Shown in pieces: positions 29,938 to 40,638 of a stretch of DNA of 61,963 nt. Under the pieces are notes generated by a model. That model searched no databases. It was not told where the DNA came from and was given only the letters and a program-made list of their open reading frames with translations. How positions within the stretch are numbered: position 1 is the stretch's first letter; every line of letters begins with the position of its first letter. Made by a program: the position numbers and the translations under genes. Origin of the DNA: Deltaproteobacteria bacterium TL4 (lineage in GTDB: Bacteria > SAR324 > NAC60-12); contig JBBCAX010000050.1 in assembly GCA_051382335.1 (NCBI GenBank), forward strand, positions 1-61,963, written 5' to 3'.

Positions 29938-30981
29938 TTAGATACTGATAGCAAATTCAGTAATGAACTGTGTCGCGTCTCCACCCAGTTGATCAGTAGA
30001 CCACAAGCCAAATGTTACGTTGCCAGGACCTAAAGGCAATTCGACGGCAAGGGTGGTATTACTCCAAGTGTTCACCCCAGCTTTTCCACCACCGGTACCA
30101 TCATCACGAGATTCTATGGCGATGGTTATTCCTAATAACCCAGCTACATTATGCAAATCAATGCCTAAAAGAGTATCCACTGCGGTATCGGTACCATCAT
30201 TCTTAGTTCCATAAGCCGCAAAGGGGGCAAACATTCCTGCTGTGTACTGAACGCCTAGTCCCATTGCACTCGTTGCATCACCAGCGGATACCCCAGCAGC
30301 AGTGGCTATATCATTATCAGACTCTGACGCATTTTCTAGTTCAAAAGCGGCGCTCAAGCCTCCAACTGCGTAAGTCGCAATTACGTCAAAGACCTGAGAC
30401 TGAAGCGTAACAGAACCAGGTGTTCCAGCAGCCGTGGTATAACTATGTTTATTTTGCCCCGATATCAAACCTAGCGTTAATTTGAGTCCCTCGCTTGGTG
30501 CCAAGAATACCGCTAACGTTGGAGCATCATCCGCTTCGTCTCCATAAGTTCCCTCCGATGCGTTACCTTGTTCAGTGGCATAGGTTTTTCCTAGGTCACT
30601 ACCATTGTATCCTCCACCGCTGAGATCAACTAATCCAGCGATAACCCCAAAAGAACCGGAAGAAAGCGTCATGAAAACTTCATCCGCTTTGTTCAACTGT
30701 CCATCGCCTTTTGTGTTTAGTTCCAGTTTAAGTGTACCCTCAGCCTTCCAGCCATCTTTTTCAGCAAGCTTGCCTTGGATCTTGACGTCGGAACGTCCAT
30801 AGGTATTCGTTGTTGAATAACCTGTATCCGCATTCTCAGGTGTATTCATGTAAATACCAGCATAAATATCGGCTTTATAGCAGAATGTCTTCTCATTCAT
30901 ACAAGCAGCTTGCGCTATAGATAGCCCAAAAAACGAAGTAACGCCGATTAACGCGAGACTTTTAATAGTTTTTGATAACAT
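29938..30981 (-). CDS. Probable outer-membrane porin
   Basis: Cleavable signal peptide (AQA), amphipathic beta-strands with Gly/Asp/Thr loops, alternating C-terminal strand. Confidence 0.7.
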   Translation of the reverse strand: MLSKTIKSLALIGVTSFFGLSIAQAACMNEKTFCYKADIYAGIYMNTPENADTGYSTTNTYGRSDVKIQGKLAEKDGWKAEGTLKLELNTKGDGQLNKADEVFMTLSSGSFGVIAGLVDLSGGGYNGSDLGKTYATEQGNASEGTYGDEADDAPTLAVFLAPSEGLKLTLGLISGQNKHSYTTAAGTPGSVTLQSQVFDVIATYAVGGLSAAFELENASESDNDIATAAGVSAGDATSAMGLGVQYTAGMFAPFAAYGTKNDGTDTAVDTLLGIDLHNVAGLLGITIAIESRDDGTGGGKAGVNTWSNTTLAVELPLGPGNVTFGLWSTDQLGGDATQFITEFAISI

Positions 30982-31033
30982 AATTTATATCCTTGAATTG
31001 GAGTTTGAATTAACCCGGCAAGAAGAACAACCC

Positions 31034-31420
31034 CTCTTAGTGCCAAGAGTACGTGACCCACTGACCACGTATCAAATACATTTTCACAGGTCTAAACGAA
31101 CCAACACCTCCAGGTGTTAGGCCTTCATAACCGTCATCCCAACTGAGAGGGACGTACAAAGCACCCTACTGGACAAAACTACCGCAGTAGAAAGTCGCTC
31201 AATGATCGCAATTCCTCCTTCCCCAAGTCTCAAAGGCAGAACTCGGAAAAAATTGCTCGTTTTTTTCACCAAGGGTGATGCTGTCACCTTTGCAAACAGC
31301 GTTCCAGAAGTGGCAACCATTTAGGTTTGATGGGTTTTTTGTTCCTTAGCAAACGCACAGAAACAATTTTCCCCTTTGCTTCCAGCCGATGAAACTGGAG
31401 CTTGTGAAAATTTGCTATGC
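31034..31420 (-). ncRNA. Candidate long structured 5' leader or ncRNA upstream of the porin gene
   Basis: At least nine consecutive stem-loops; several stems gain G-U pairs on the minus strand; no convincing ORF. Confidence 0.55.
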
Positions 31421-31516
31421 CCTATACCAAAATTGAACATCGAGTTATACGAATGACCAACTCCTTGTTAATACATGACTGTGCCTAAAAATCAAACAAC
31501 TGCAAAAATAAATTGC

Positions 31517-31536
31517 ATGTAATTTGACATTTACAT
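31517..31536. promoter_or_regulatory. Palindromic operator candidate
   Basis: ATGTAA-N8-TTACAT in the divergent intergenic region. Confidence 0.35.
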
Positions 31537-31673
31537 CCCAATTATTTTAAGATCCTGTTGAAACATTAAGGGTCATAGATTTTAATAGATAATTGCAAGG
31601 GGAGCCTTTCCTATTTTGAATCTGGCGTGGAGTCAATAAGATTAGTCATTGATATTATTAGCAAAGGAATGAT

Positions 31674-32009
31674 ATGAAAAAAGAACAGGTGAGACAACTT
31701 GTCGAATGTATGGTTATTGTCAGTCAAGCGGATGGCCTTCATGAAGAAGAGGTTAAATTTATGACCAGTATCCTCCTTCCCCTTTGGAAAGAAGAATCAA
31801 CCTCTCTAGATGAATTCGTCAATGCTGTCATTCAGGAAAATCTGCCTGCCTCCCGATTTATCCAAAGCGCCAGGGCTCTTGCAAAAGGTGTAGATCAACA
31901 TGAAAAACAAGTGGTTCTGAATTTGATGCAGAAATTAATGCTTGCGGATGGTATTTTTACTCATCAGGAAAAAGAATATTACGTTGAGTTCCAAAAATTG
32001 TTTAAATAG
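31674..32009 (+). CDS. TerB-family (tellurite resistance-like) protein
   Basis: Duplicated ADG...EE/QE motif (QADGLHEEE; LADGIFTHQEK). Confidence 0.75.
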   Translation: MKKEQVRQLVECMVIVSQADGLHEEEVKFMTSILLPLWKEESTSLDEFVNAVIQENLPASRFIQSARALAKGVDQHEKQVVLNLMQKLMLADGIFTHQEKEYYVEFQKLFK

Positions 32010-32211
32010 CCCCCATTCCATGGAAACAGCCATCTGATATTTTACTGGCGGTACACTCATTATTTTAGGGCATTCACTTTGCTTCTTGCTTTGCGTTTCT
32101 TTGTTTTCCTTCATGATTGAGCAATTAGGTTTTCTTTTCAATTGCACAACGCACCGATTCCATGCCTTTTTGTGGCGGAATAATAACAACTCTATGCCTA
32201 TATTTTGCAGG

Positions 32212-33168
32212 ATGACAAGCAGCTTCACACATAAAGTAACTGAATCAGAATCCGGATCTCGAATTGACCGTGTTCTTTCAACATTGAAAGAAATTTCCTC
32301 TCGTGTTGAAGGCCAACGCTTACTCAAGGAAGGCTGGATTACGGTTAATCAACAACACGTTTCTCCCGCAAAAAAATTATGTAAAAATGATGTTATCGAA
32401 ATTTCGATGCCCCCTCCGGAACCCTTGGAGATCAATCCAGAAGCGGGTGACTTAGAAATCCTCTTTGAAGATTCTGAAGTGATTGTGATTAACAAATCAC
32501 CCGGTGTCGTTGTTCATCCAGCACCAGGCCACACTTCAGGAACGCTTGTCAATTATCTACTCCATCATTGCCATGATTTGTCGGGAATTGGGGGTGTTCT
32601 GCGACCTGGAATTGTCCACCGTTTGGATAAAGATACCTCCGGCGCGTTAGTGATTGCCAAAACAGATCAGGCCCATCAGCACTTGGCAAAGCAATTCCAC
32701 GAACATACCATCCATCGTATTTATAAAGCCTTGGTTTGGGGCTTCCCTCCCACCGCTAAAGGCACGGTAGACGCGGCCTTAGGACGACATCCTCAAAATC
32801 GTAAATTGAGAGCCATTACCGAACAGGGGAAATCGGCGGTGACGCATTGGACAGTCCTTGAACGCTTGAAACATTGGACGTTACTGGCGTGTCAACTGGA
32901 GACAGGGAGAACCCATCAAATTCGTGTTCACATGGCTTCGATTAAATTACCGATTGTTGGTGATATGCAATATGGCCGCTCAAAAACGAATCGTTTTCAG
33001 CATTTTTCAGAGCCTGTCGCGGAAGTCCTGAATCATTTTCAAAGACAGGCATTACACGCTGAAAGGTTAGGGTTTGTTCATCCGGTCACAAAACAAAATC
33101 TGGAATTTTTCGCCTCCTGGCCGAATGATTTTCAACATTTGCTTGAGGTATTAAGAACAGAACCGTAG
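32212..33168 (+). CDS. rluD: RluA/RluD-family pseudouridine synthase with S4 domain
   Basis: RIDRVL S4, INKSPGVVVHPAPG, RPGIVHRLDKDTSG, LETGRTHQIRVH, QALHA. Confidence 0.9.
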   Translation: MTSSFTHKVTESESGSRIDRVLSTLKEISSRVEGQRLLKEGWITVNQQHVSPAKKLCKNDVIEISMPPPEPLEINPEAGDLEILFEDSEVIVINKSPGVVVHPAPGHTSGTLVNYLLHHCHDLSGIGGVLRPGIVHRLDKDTSGALVIAKTDQAHQHLAKQFHEHTIHRIYKALVWGFPPTAKGTVDAALGRHPQNRKLRAITEQGKSAVTHWTVLERLKHWTLLACQLETGRTHQIRVHMASIKLPIVGDMQYGRSKTNRFQHFSEPVAEVLNHFQRQALHAERLGFVHPVTKQNLEFFASWPNDFQHLLEVLRTEP

Positions 33169-33231
33169 TCATGGGACCATGACGTATCTCAGGGCAATGA
33201 TTCCACCTATAGACCTTCAGATAAGTCTTTC

Positions 33232-33257
33232 CTGGGAGCGCTGGCATCTTGCCCGCC
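33232..33257. repeat. Single REP-like half element
   Basis: GC-rich ctgggagcgctggcatcttgcccgcc in an AT-richer intergenic region. Confidence 0.35.
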
Positions 33258-33384
33258 TTCCCTGCAGAAATTTATCTGGACAGCTATAATGAACTTGATG
33301 AATGGATTTAGAACAGTTTTAATGCCCCTTGTTTTCAATCCTATTGATTCTTCTGAAAACTCACACTCAATTCATAATTGCGGC

Positions 33385-34368
33385 ATGGCTGATTTTTTAA
33401 TAGAAGCGCGAGATATCAAAAAACACTTTCCTCTTTATAGCGGCATTTTTTTACGGCAGACGGATACCGTTTTTGCGTTGGATGGCATTTCTCTCCGTGT
33501 GAAAAAAGGTGAAACCCTTGGTTTGGTGGGAGAGTCCGGTTGCGGGAAAACCACGTTGGGAAGAACCCTACTCCGATTGTATGAACCCACACAAGGCCAA
33601 ATTTTTTTCGACGGTCACGACATCACCCATACCTCTCAAAAAAAACTTCGACAGTTGCGAGTTCAGATGCAGATGATTTTTCAAGACCCTTACGAGTCCC
33701 TCAATGCTCGGCATACCATCGGGAAAATTCTTGAAGAACCGTTCATCATACACAGAAAAGGGACGCCCGCAGAGCGGAAAAAACGTGTGGCACAGCTCCT
33801 GGAAGTCGTCGGTTTGCCGTCGAGTGCTATTCATAAATATCCCCATGAATTCTCAGGAGGTCAACGTCAACGTATTGGAATTGCCAGAGCGATTGCGTTA
33901 CATCCCAAATTGATCATCTGTGACGAACCCGTCTCCGCCTTGGATGTTTCCATTCAGTCTCAAATTTTAAACTTACTGATGGAATTACAAAAAGAAATGG
34001 GGTTGACCTATCTTTTTATCGCGCATGATCTCGCTGTAGTGAAGGTGATTTCTGACCGTATTGCGGTTATGTATTTAGGACGAGTGGTTGAGTTGACGGA
34101 TGCTGAAACCATTTACCATGCCCCCTTTCATCCTTATACCCAAGCCTTAATTTCCTCTATTCCTATTCCTGATCCCAAACTAAAGAAAAAGAAAATCATC
34201 CTCACAGGAGATGTCCCCTCTCCCCTTTGCCCACCCTCGGGGTGTCATTTCCATACGCGATGCCCGATTGCCAAAGATCTTTGTAAAATACAGATCCCTA
34301 CTCTTGAACCCGTGGACAAAACCCAGGAACACTGGGTTGCGTGTCATTTTGCAGGTCAGGCCGAGTGA
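33385..34368 (+). CDS. Oligopeptide/dipeptide ABC transporter ATP-binding subunit (OppF/DppF-like)
   Basis: [38 protein letters not shown]...VACH. Confidence 0.93.
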   Translation: MADFLIEARDIKKHFPLYSGIFLRQTDTVFALDGISLRVKKGETLGLVGESGCGKTTLGRTLLRLYEPTQGQIFFDGHDITHTSQKKLRQLRVQMQMIFQDPYESLNARHTIGKILEEPFIIHRKGTPAERKKRVAQLLEVVGLPSSAIHKYPHEFSGGQRQRIGIARAIALHPKLIICDEPVSALDVSIQSQILNLLMELQKEMGLTYLFIAHDLAVVKVISDRIAVMYLGRVVELTDAETIYHAPFHPYTQALISSIPIPDPKLKKKKIILTGDVPSPLCPPSGCHFHTRCPIAKDLCKIQIPTLEPVDKTQEHWVACHFAGQAE

Positions 34369-34419
34369 AGAATTATTCAACAGTCCTGCGTCTTTGGGTT
34401 CTGTCATGACGATCCTTTT

Positions 34420-37400
34420 TTATTTGGTGTCTAACGCGGTCACACCATCCCAATTTTTGTCCCATCCTGTTTTGATAAAATATTGGCAGCGATCAATGTA
34501 AACCTTGATCGAGTGATCGTCAGGATTTTCGTTATAACATGCTTGAAATATCTGTTCTGCCTTCTCAAACTCATGAGCACTATAAAGAGCAATCGCTTTT
34601 TCAAATCGTGCTTGAGTCGCCAGTTTGAGGGCTTTAATTTGAGGGGGATCGCAGTCAAAAACTTCATAAATCGTCACAGGTTCCGTTTTTCCTTTAACTT
34701 TAACACGGTCAATGACTCTCAAGGCGTATTTGGAAGGATTGCGTAAACTGTGTACGGTGCGTTCTGTGATGAGGATGGCAACTCCATACATTTTGGTCAT
34801 GCCTTCGACCCGGGAGGCTAAATTCACAGAGTCACTAATCACCGTCCCTTCCATACGGCCCGCCTCTCCTACGGTTCCCAACATCAATTCCCCGGTGTTG
34901 ATGCCTATTCCGATTTTGATGGCGGAATATCCTGCGCCTTTACGTCCCTGGTTATAATCTTCAAGTTCATGCAACATATCAATCGCGCCTTGAACCGCGT
35001 CATCGGCTTCATTACCAAAGAGAGCCATAATCGCGTCGCCTATGTATTTGTCGATAAAACCATGATTGTTTCTTATAATTGGAGCAATACGGCCCAAGTA
35101 TGAATTAATAAATTTGAAATTTTCTTCAGGAGACATGGACTCAGAAAGTGTAGTGAAAGATCGTATATCTGAAAACAAAACGGACATCGTTAACTGGGTG
35201 TGATCTCCAAGTTCCACTTCCAGGATGCTCTCTCGTTGTAAGTGTTCCAAAAAATCACGAGGAACAAAACGCTGAAACGATTCACTGGTATAGGAAAGCC
35301 ACGCTTTTTCCCGCTCACTTTCACGGAGTTTAATATACACAAAAAAGCGAATTGCTAAAAATAAGACGATCAAGCCGCCCAATACTTGCAGCAGAATTCC
35401 CAGTAAAGTTAAGCGGAAGGGTTTTTTGATGATGAATTGATAACTTTGATAGGGACTCCAAACCGCATTCTTCCCTCTGGCTCTGTATACAAATTTATAG
35501 TCTCCCGGAGGCAAATTATTATAAACCGCTCGATAGGCCTGACCTAAAGATTCAGAATAATCTTTCTCCATGCCCTCCATGAAGAATTGATACTCAAGGG
35601 CTTTTTCATCTTGAAAAGAAATTCCTGTTATTTCGAAAACAAAATTGTTTTCTTCCGCAGTGAAGGTCGTTGATTTTGCTTCTGGTAAATCTTGTCCATT
35701 GAGTAATATTTTTTCAATATGCACATCAGGGGCTTTTAGATTTTGTTTCCTCTCGTTCCAATCGAACGTTGCCAAACCATGATAGGTTCCGATCCATAAG
35801 ACCCCTTGACTATCCACAAACAAACCATCGGTGGTGATTTCATTTCCCGGTAATCCGTCTTTGACATCCAGTGTAAAAACGGGTTTGTCGCTTTCTTTAT
35901 CGTAGTAGACAACACCTTTTTGGGTTCCTAGCCACAAATAGCGGTCCTCTTGAGCGCTAGTGATGGAATTGATGGAAAGCTTGGTAAATGTTGATTTTTT
36001 GTATTGTCCCTCTTGATACAATCCCAGTCCATTTTCGGTTCCAACCCATAAACGTTCCCCAATATTTCCTGGCAGGAATTCCCGATGAATGCTCCATACC
36101 GTATTTTCCAAGAGAACTAACGGTTTAAATTCATTGTCGCTATAGCGCAATAAACCAGAACAGCTTCCTCCAACCGTTGTTTTATTAAAAGGTTCCAATT
36201 GATTGACAAGGGAGGTGAATTCATTTTCCAAAGGCAAAGGCGCAGCATAAAAATCATGGAGATAATAGATTCGACCCTCATTTCCTGTGAGTAAAAAGAT
36301 TTGCCCCTGTTCGGAAATAGTGACCTTCGTCAGGTTTGAAAGGGGTTTGCTAAACTGTCTTTTGCGAAGGATCTCCAAAGATTCCCACTTAATTTCGACC
36401 AAGCCCTGATTATTAACCATTAACAAATTACCCTTGGGAAACAGACTGACCAGTGTGTTTTTATGGAATTCAGGAAATTTTTTTGAAAAGTCTTTGAGCG
36501 AATTATCAAAATAATAAAGGGTGCTTTCTGTTTCAATCCAAATTCTTTGTTTCCTGTCTTCCAAAACATGGGCGACCCGGCTATTGAGGATCTCGGGACT
36601 AATAATGCGCATACTTTGGTTTGAAAGTTTATAGATTCCCCCTGATAAACCAATCCAACGGTTACTTTCCCTGTCTTCAAAAAAAGCATACAAACGCTTC
36701 CCCTTTAACCCCGCGTTGTGATGGTAAGGGATGGCGCGTTGGTTCAAGAAAACCACTTGAAACAGAGTTGACTGGGAAAGCAGCCAAATGGAATCATCGT
36801 GGGCCTCAACAATTTGACTGAACTGTTCTTTCGGAAGGTTCAACTGGGCATTGATTTGTTTGCCGAGTTGCCCGTCCATCAACGCATTCAGAGCACTCAG
36901 AAACAAACCCTCTTCGGTTGAAATCCAAACTCGCTGTTGCCGATCAACCAGCGCATAAAACGTCTGAAGATCACTCAAACGGCGCAACCCCTTTGACTCT
37001 GAGAACAGGAACAGACCGCCTGTTGTAGACACCAGAAGATTTTCTGACTGAGGAACCTGAGTCACCGCATGGATTTTCTTTGGCAAAGGGGAGTAGGTTG
37101 CATTGATTGAAAGGAAACGTGCCTTTGGTTCTTTTTCAGGGGAATAAAGAAATAAACCTTCATTACCGTAGAACCATTTGCGATTTTGGTCGTCAATATG
37201 AATGCCTTTAAACGAAAGTTGAGGGTACAGCGTGTCAGTCTGGTGATTCTTGATCACAGAAACACCCCGGGAGGTCGCAAGATAAATGGAACCTTCCTTA
37301 TCTTGGGCGATCTGATGAATAGTATTACTTTTTAAGCCGGAGTTTAGATCAGTAACCTCCATGTGTCGGCCATTATATTTCACAACTCCTGAAAAGGTGC

Positions 37401-40400
37401 TAAACCACATATTCCCGGAATGATCCTGAAGCATGGACAGTACATCTTCTTGGGGCAATCCATTTTTGGTGGTATAAGCGAAAAAGGGGAGATGAATGCT
37501 CTGATTCGTCTGGTTATAAGTGGACTGGAAGTTTTCTGCCTTATCCAGAGACATCTCAGTTTGTTGCTGATATAACTCAGCAATCAAGCCTGTCTTCCTT
37601 GCCTGTTCCACAAATTCAATGATTTTATGCTTGAGCTGGGGTTGATTCTTTTTCACCCCCCATCCGCTTTTTTGGGGTTTTCCCAAGAACAATTTGACTT
37701 CCAATTCTGAATACTCAGGAATCAATGAATACGCATCACCATAGATGATGTAATCTGCTTTGTGTTCCAAGAGGTCAGGAATGAAATTATTGACTTCATT
37801 GTAATGGTAATGGGTCAATTGATTATTGGTTAAGATGTCTTCATAGCGACTGCCTTTGAGGGTGACGCCTCTCAAATTTTCGAGATCCTGAATAGCATAG
37901 ATTTCCGTATCTTTTCTGGCGACCACCGTGGTTAGATGGGGAAATATAAGCACCAGATCTACTTTGTTGACTCGCCAATCCAGTTCGGCAAAGGCTTCCG
38001 CGGCAAGATCAAAATGATAAAACCACTCGGGGATATAGCTTTTTCCTTTAAGGATGACACCACGTTCATTTTCCCAGTACTGCGAAAAATTTGGAGTAAC
38101 CACCAGTTCGATCGTAACCCCTAAATATTTTGCGAATTCCTCCACCAGTCTCTGGTAAAACTGCTTTTTTCCTTCGTTGTGATAAACAATATCCCGATCA
38201 CGAACAGCGACAATCAGTTTCCCTGATTTTATAATTTCATCCAGATCTCTTACAGGTCGTGTGCTCGTGAAGGTCTCAGGATTTTTTATTCCCAGGCGTT
38301 CCAGATATTGATAATATCGCATGTTGTTGGACTCAATAAAGATCTTGTCCAGAATCCCATTGGCTAAAATAGAGGTCATGAACGTTTTTATTTTAGACAA
38401 AAGTTCATAATTCGATTTTTCTACAGCCCATCCTCTATAACTTGCGGGTTTGACAGGACCGTCGATAAGGAAATCAAGGTTATTTTTCTCCCATTGTAGC
38501 GCCTGATAACCCTCCATTATTGCGCCCTCAACCTGGCCCTGGAGGAGCAGTTGCTGTAATTCGTCCAGTGACGCACATTCAAGCAGTGTTGTGCCTTCTG
38601 TGCGAAGTTGTTCCACAAAAGCTGAGGGTAGCGGTGAATTTCTTTTTGCGACGATGCCCCATTTACTGTTTTTCTGCGCTCCCTTTTTAAACAGTTTCGA
38701 GCGTATCCCTAAGGAGGTTGAAAGAATCGTCTCAGCAAAATCAAAAAAAGTGTGTTGCTCTGCGGACATCGAAAAATTATCGGCAATGAGATCCACTTTA
38801 TTAAAAATACGGAGTGTTCCTTTGATGGGTGACGGGGTTGAATCCTGGTGGGGTTGCTCGTTTCTGTCAAAATAGTCCTCCCACTGAACTGGAACAGGAA
38901 CCAGCTTTACTTTGAGATAGTTTGCAAATTCCTGCGCCAGCAGGTAATGAGGCGAATTCAACGTTTCTTTGGTAAAAGCGACATAGAGTTTTCCGCTCCG
39001 CTTGATTTGCTTTAAGCTCCTGGCAGACGGGGCCGCATATTGATTTAACACCTGAACATAGTCAGCATAGGTAATTCCCATGTTATTTTTAAAGGTCTGA
39101 TCCAAAGGACCCTCGGAAAGGCTATTCTCAAAAAAAGTTTCAATCGAATCAATCAACTGCCTGTTATTTTTTTGGAGTGCCCATCCCGCTTTCTTAACCG
39201 GTGAGATCGGAATCGTCAGCTTAAACTCAGGAAATTCCCAGGTGAATTTCAAAGCCTGTTCCGCACCCAGCATGATGCCATCCACTTTTCGCTCTTGAAG
39301 CAGTTTTTTCGATTCCAGAAGGCTCGATACTGGTTGTAATAAGAGGCTTCCACTTACCCGCTTGTTAATCGTCTTCAGACGTTCCGCCCATGAGCGTTCG
39401 TCCCTGAACGCAAGCCTTCGATTTTTTAAGTCCTCATACTTTTGGATAGCAGGCCCTTGCTTGGGAACCACCAAAAAATCAGTGAAAAGGATCGTTCCGG
39501 CATAATCAAATATTTTTTTACCCCATTCATTGAGAGTAAAATATTCCGCGACAAAATCTACATATTTGAAAATATCAGGAGTATAAAAAACATTGGGATC
39601 CTCTTGTAAGCCTTGAGGGATTTGTCCTTGCCGGTGGAAAAGATTTTCCCATGTTGTAGGGAAAATCACGGCCTCCACTCCTATTGATCGAGCAAATTGG
39701 TTCACTAACGGATAGTTGAGGGAATTCATGCCTTCGGTAGTCATGGCAACGTATAGTTTCCCATCTTTCTGGATTTGTTCCAGGTTTCTATAAGAAAATT
39801 GAGCTAAACTTCTTAAGCGATCGAGATAATTGGCGTATTCGATGCCAAAATGCTGAATGAAGATCGGGTTGAGTTTTTCATATTTCCCCATCTCTAAAAT
39901 AAATTTTTGCAAGGCTTGTTGAAGTGTTTTGTTGTTTTTTTTCAATCCCCAAACCCCCTTTTTCAGCGCTGAAATGGAGAAGACCGACATTAAATCGGGA
40001 TGGGTGTGCAGAAATTTAAAGGCCGTTATGGAATTTAAGACAAGGCCCTCAACTTGCCTGTCTGCCAAAAGTGTTTGGGCCTCTTGGTCACTATTTGTGG
40101 GCTGGAAAACAATCCCTCCGCCTATGTTTTTATTGATCTCGCTTAAATAGTTTTCTGTGGCCGTATGTTGAAGAAAGGCGATCCTCTTACCTCGAAGCTG
40201 CGCGTATTTAAGCAAATTCTGCTGTTCGGAATTAACAATTAAAAGTTCCGTCGAGACGATGTTTTCCACGAAATCGAATTGTTGCTGATACGGTTCCGCG
40301 ACAAGTTCATGCATGCTGAGGATGTCTACCTGTTCAAAAATATCATCAGAAACCGACGAGGTGGCTTGAAGCGAAGGCTTTTGAGATTCCTTGGGTGGGG

Positions 40401-40638
40401 TTTTTAAAAACTCCTCCCAAGTATACGGCCGAACGACTAACTCCACTTTCAGGTACTGTGCGAAGGCTTGAAATAATGAGTAATGAACCGTATTGAGTGA
40501 ATCTTCCGTAAAGCCAATGTATAGTTTTTTACGGGCTTTGATTTGTTCCAAGGTTGCGGAAAAAACGCTTTGCGTCCAAAAGAAACACAGGATGAAAATC
40601 ATTGCCCCCAGTTTAATTTCGGTATGGTGTCGTCTCAT
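34420..40638 (-). CDS. Giant receptor adenylate/guanylate cyclase: 4x family-3 solute-binding domains + Reg_prop beta-propellers + Y_Y_Y + TM + class III cyclase
   Basis: Signal peptide; four LxxI(K)xxxKL(Y/I) starts; GLPQEDVLSMLQDHSGNMWFST repeats; YNNLPPGDYKF; LFSDIRSFT, DKYIGDAIM, VNLASRVEG. Confidence 0.88.
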   Translation of the reverse strand: MRRHHTEIKLGAMIFILCFFWTQSVFSATLEQIKARKKLYIGFTEDSLNTVHYSLFQAFAQYLKVELVVRPYTWEEFLKTPPKESQKPSLQATSSVSDDIFEQVDILSMHELVAEPYQQQFDFVENIVSTELLIVNSEQQNLLKYAQLRGKRIAFLQHTATENYLSEINKNIGGGIVFQPTNSDQEAQTLLADRQVEGLVLNSITAFKFLHTHPDLMSVFSISALKKGVWGLKKNNKTLQQALQKFILEMGKYEKLNPIFIQHFGIEYANYLDRLRSLAQFSYRNLEQIQKDGKLYVAMTTEGMNSLNYPLVNQFARSIGVEAVIFPTTWENLFHRQGQIPQGLQEDPNVFYTPDIFKYVDFVAEYFTLNEWGKKIFDYAGTILFTDFLVVPKQGPAIQKYEDLKNRRLAFRDERSWAERLKTINKRVSGSLLLQPVSSLLESKKLLQERKVDGIMLGAEQALKFTWEFPEFKLTIPISPVKKAGWALQKNNRQLIDSIETFFENSLSEGPLDQTFKNNMGITYADYVQVLNQYAAPSARSLKQIKRSGKLYVAFTKETLNSPHYLLAQEFANYLKVKLVPVPVQWEDYFDRNEQPHQDSTPSPIKGTLRIFNKVDLIADNFSMSAEQHTFFDFAETILSTSLGIRSKLFKKGAQKNSKWGIVAKRNSPLPSAFVEQLRTEGTTLLECASLDELQQLLLQGQVEGAIMEGYQALQWEKNNLDFLIDGPVKPASYRGWAVEKSNYELLSKIKTFMTSILANGILDKIFIESNNMRYYQYLERLGIKNPETFTSTRPVRDLDEIIKSGKLIVAVRDRDIVYHNEGKKQFYQRLVEEFAKYLGVTIELVVTPNFSQYWENERGVILKGKSYIPEWFYHFDLAAEAFAELDWRVNKVDLVLIFPHLTTVVARKDTEIYAIQDLENLRGVTLKGSRYEDILTNNQLTHYHYNEVNNFIPDLLEHKADYIIYGDAYSLIPEYSELEVKLFLGKPQKSGWGVKKNQPQLKHKIIEFVEQARKTGLIAELYQQQTEMSLDKAENFQSTYNQTNQSIHLPFFAYTTKNGLPQEDVLSMLQDHSGNMWFSTFSGVVKYNGRHMEVTDLNSGLKSNTIHQIAQDKEGSIYLATSRGVSVIKNHQTDTLYPQLSFKGIHIDDQNRKWFYGNEGLFLYSPEKEPKARFLSINATYSPLPKKIHAVTQVPQSENLLVSTTGGLFLFSESKGLRRLSDLQTFYALVDRQQRVWISTEEGLFLSALNALMDGQLGKQINAQLNLPKEQFSQIVEAHDDSIWLLSQSTLFQVVFLNQRAIPYHHNAGLKGKRLYAFFEDRESNRWIGLSGGIYKLSNQSMRIISPEILNSRVAHVLEDRKQRIWIETESTLYYFDNSLKDFSKKFPEFHKNTLVSLFPKGNLLMVNNQGLVEIKWESLEILRKRQFSKPLSNLTKVTISEQGQIFLLTGNEGRIYYLHDFYAAPLPLENEFTSLVNQLEPFNKTTVGGSCSGLLRYSDNEFKPLVLLENTVWSIHREFLPGNIGERLWVGTENGLGLYQEGQYKKSTFTKLSINSITSAQEDRYLWLGTQKGVVYYDKESDKPVFTLDVKDGLPGNEITTDGLFVDSQGVLWIGTYHGLATFDWNERKQNLKAPDVHIEKILLNGQDLPEAKSTTFTAEENNFVFEITGISFQDEKALEYQFFMEGMEKDYSESLGQAYRAVYNNLPPGDYKFVYRARGKNAVWSPYQSYQFIIKKPFRLTLLGILLQVLGGLIVLFLAIRFFVYIKLRESEREKAWLSYTSESFQRFVPRDFLEHLQRESILEVELGDHTQLTMSVLFSDIRSFTTLSESMSPEENFKFINSYLGRIAPIIRNNHGFIDKYIGDAIMALFGNEADDAVQGAIDMLHELEDYNQGRKGAGYSAIKIGIGINTGELMLGTVGEAGRMEGTVISDSVNLASRVEGMTKMYGVAILITERTVHSLRNPSKYALRVIDRVKVKGKTEPVTIYEVFDCDPPQIKALKLATQARFEKAIALYSAHEFEKAEQIFQACYNENPDDHSIKVYIDRCQYFIKTGWDKNWDGVTALDTK

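Noticed and set aside
31117..31320. 67-aa minus-strand ORF in the porin leader
   Set aside because: No RBS or recognisable motif and it lies within the hairpin-tiled region; a leader peptide is not strictly excluded
31208..31330. Moco/tungsten riboswitch resemblance (ACCUAA-AUGGU, GGAAGGAG)
   Set aside because: Only short fragments match; the CUCCGAG and CCUCCCG elements are missing and no molybdenum genes are adjacent
33385..34368. Complete peptide ABC transporter locus
   Set aside because: Only one ATPase gene is present; scattered single genes (hisD, bioD, trkA) are the norm in this window
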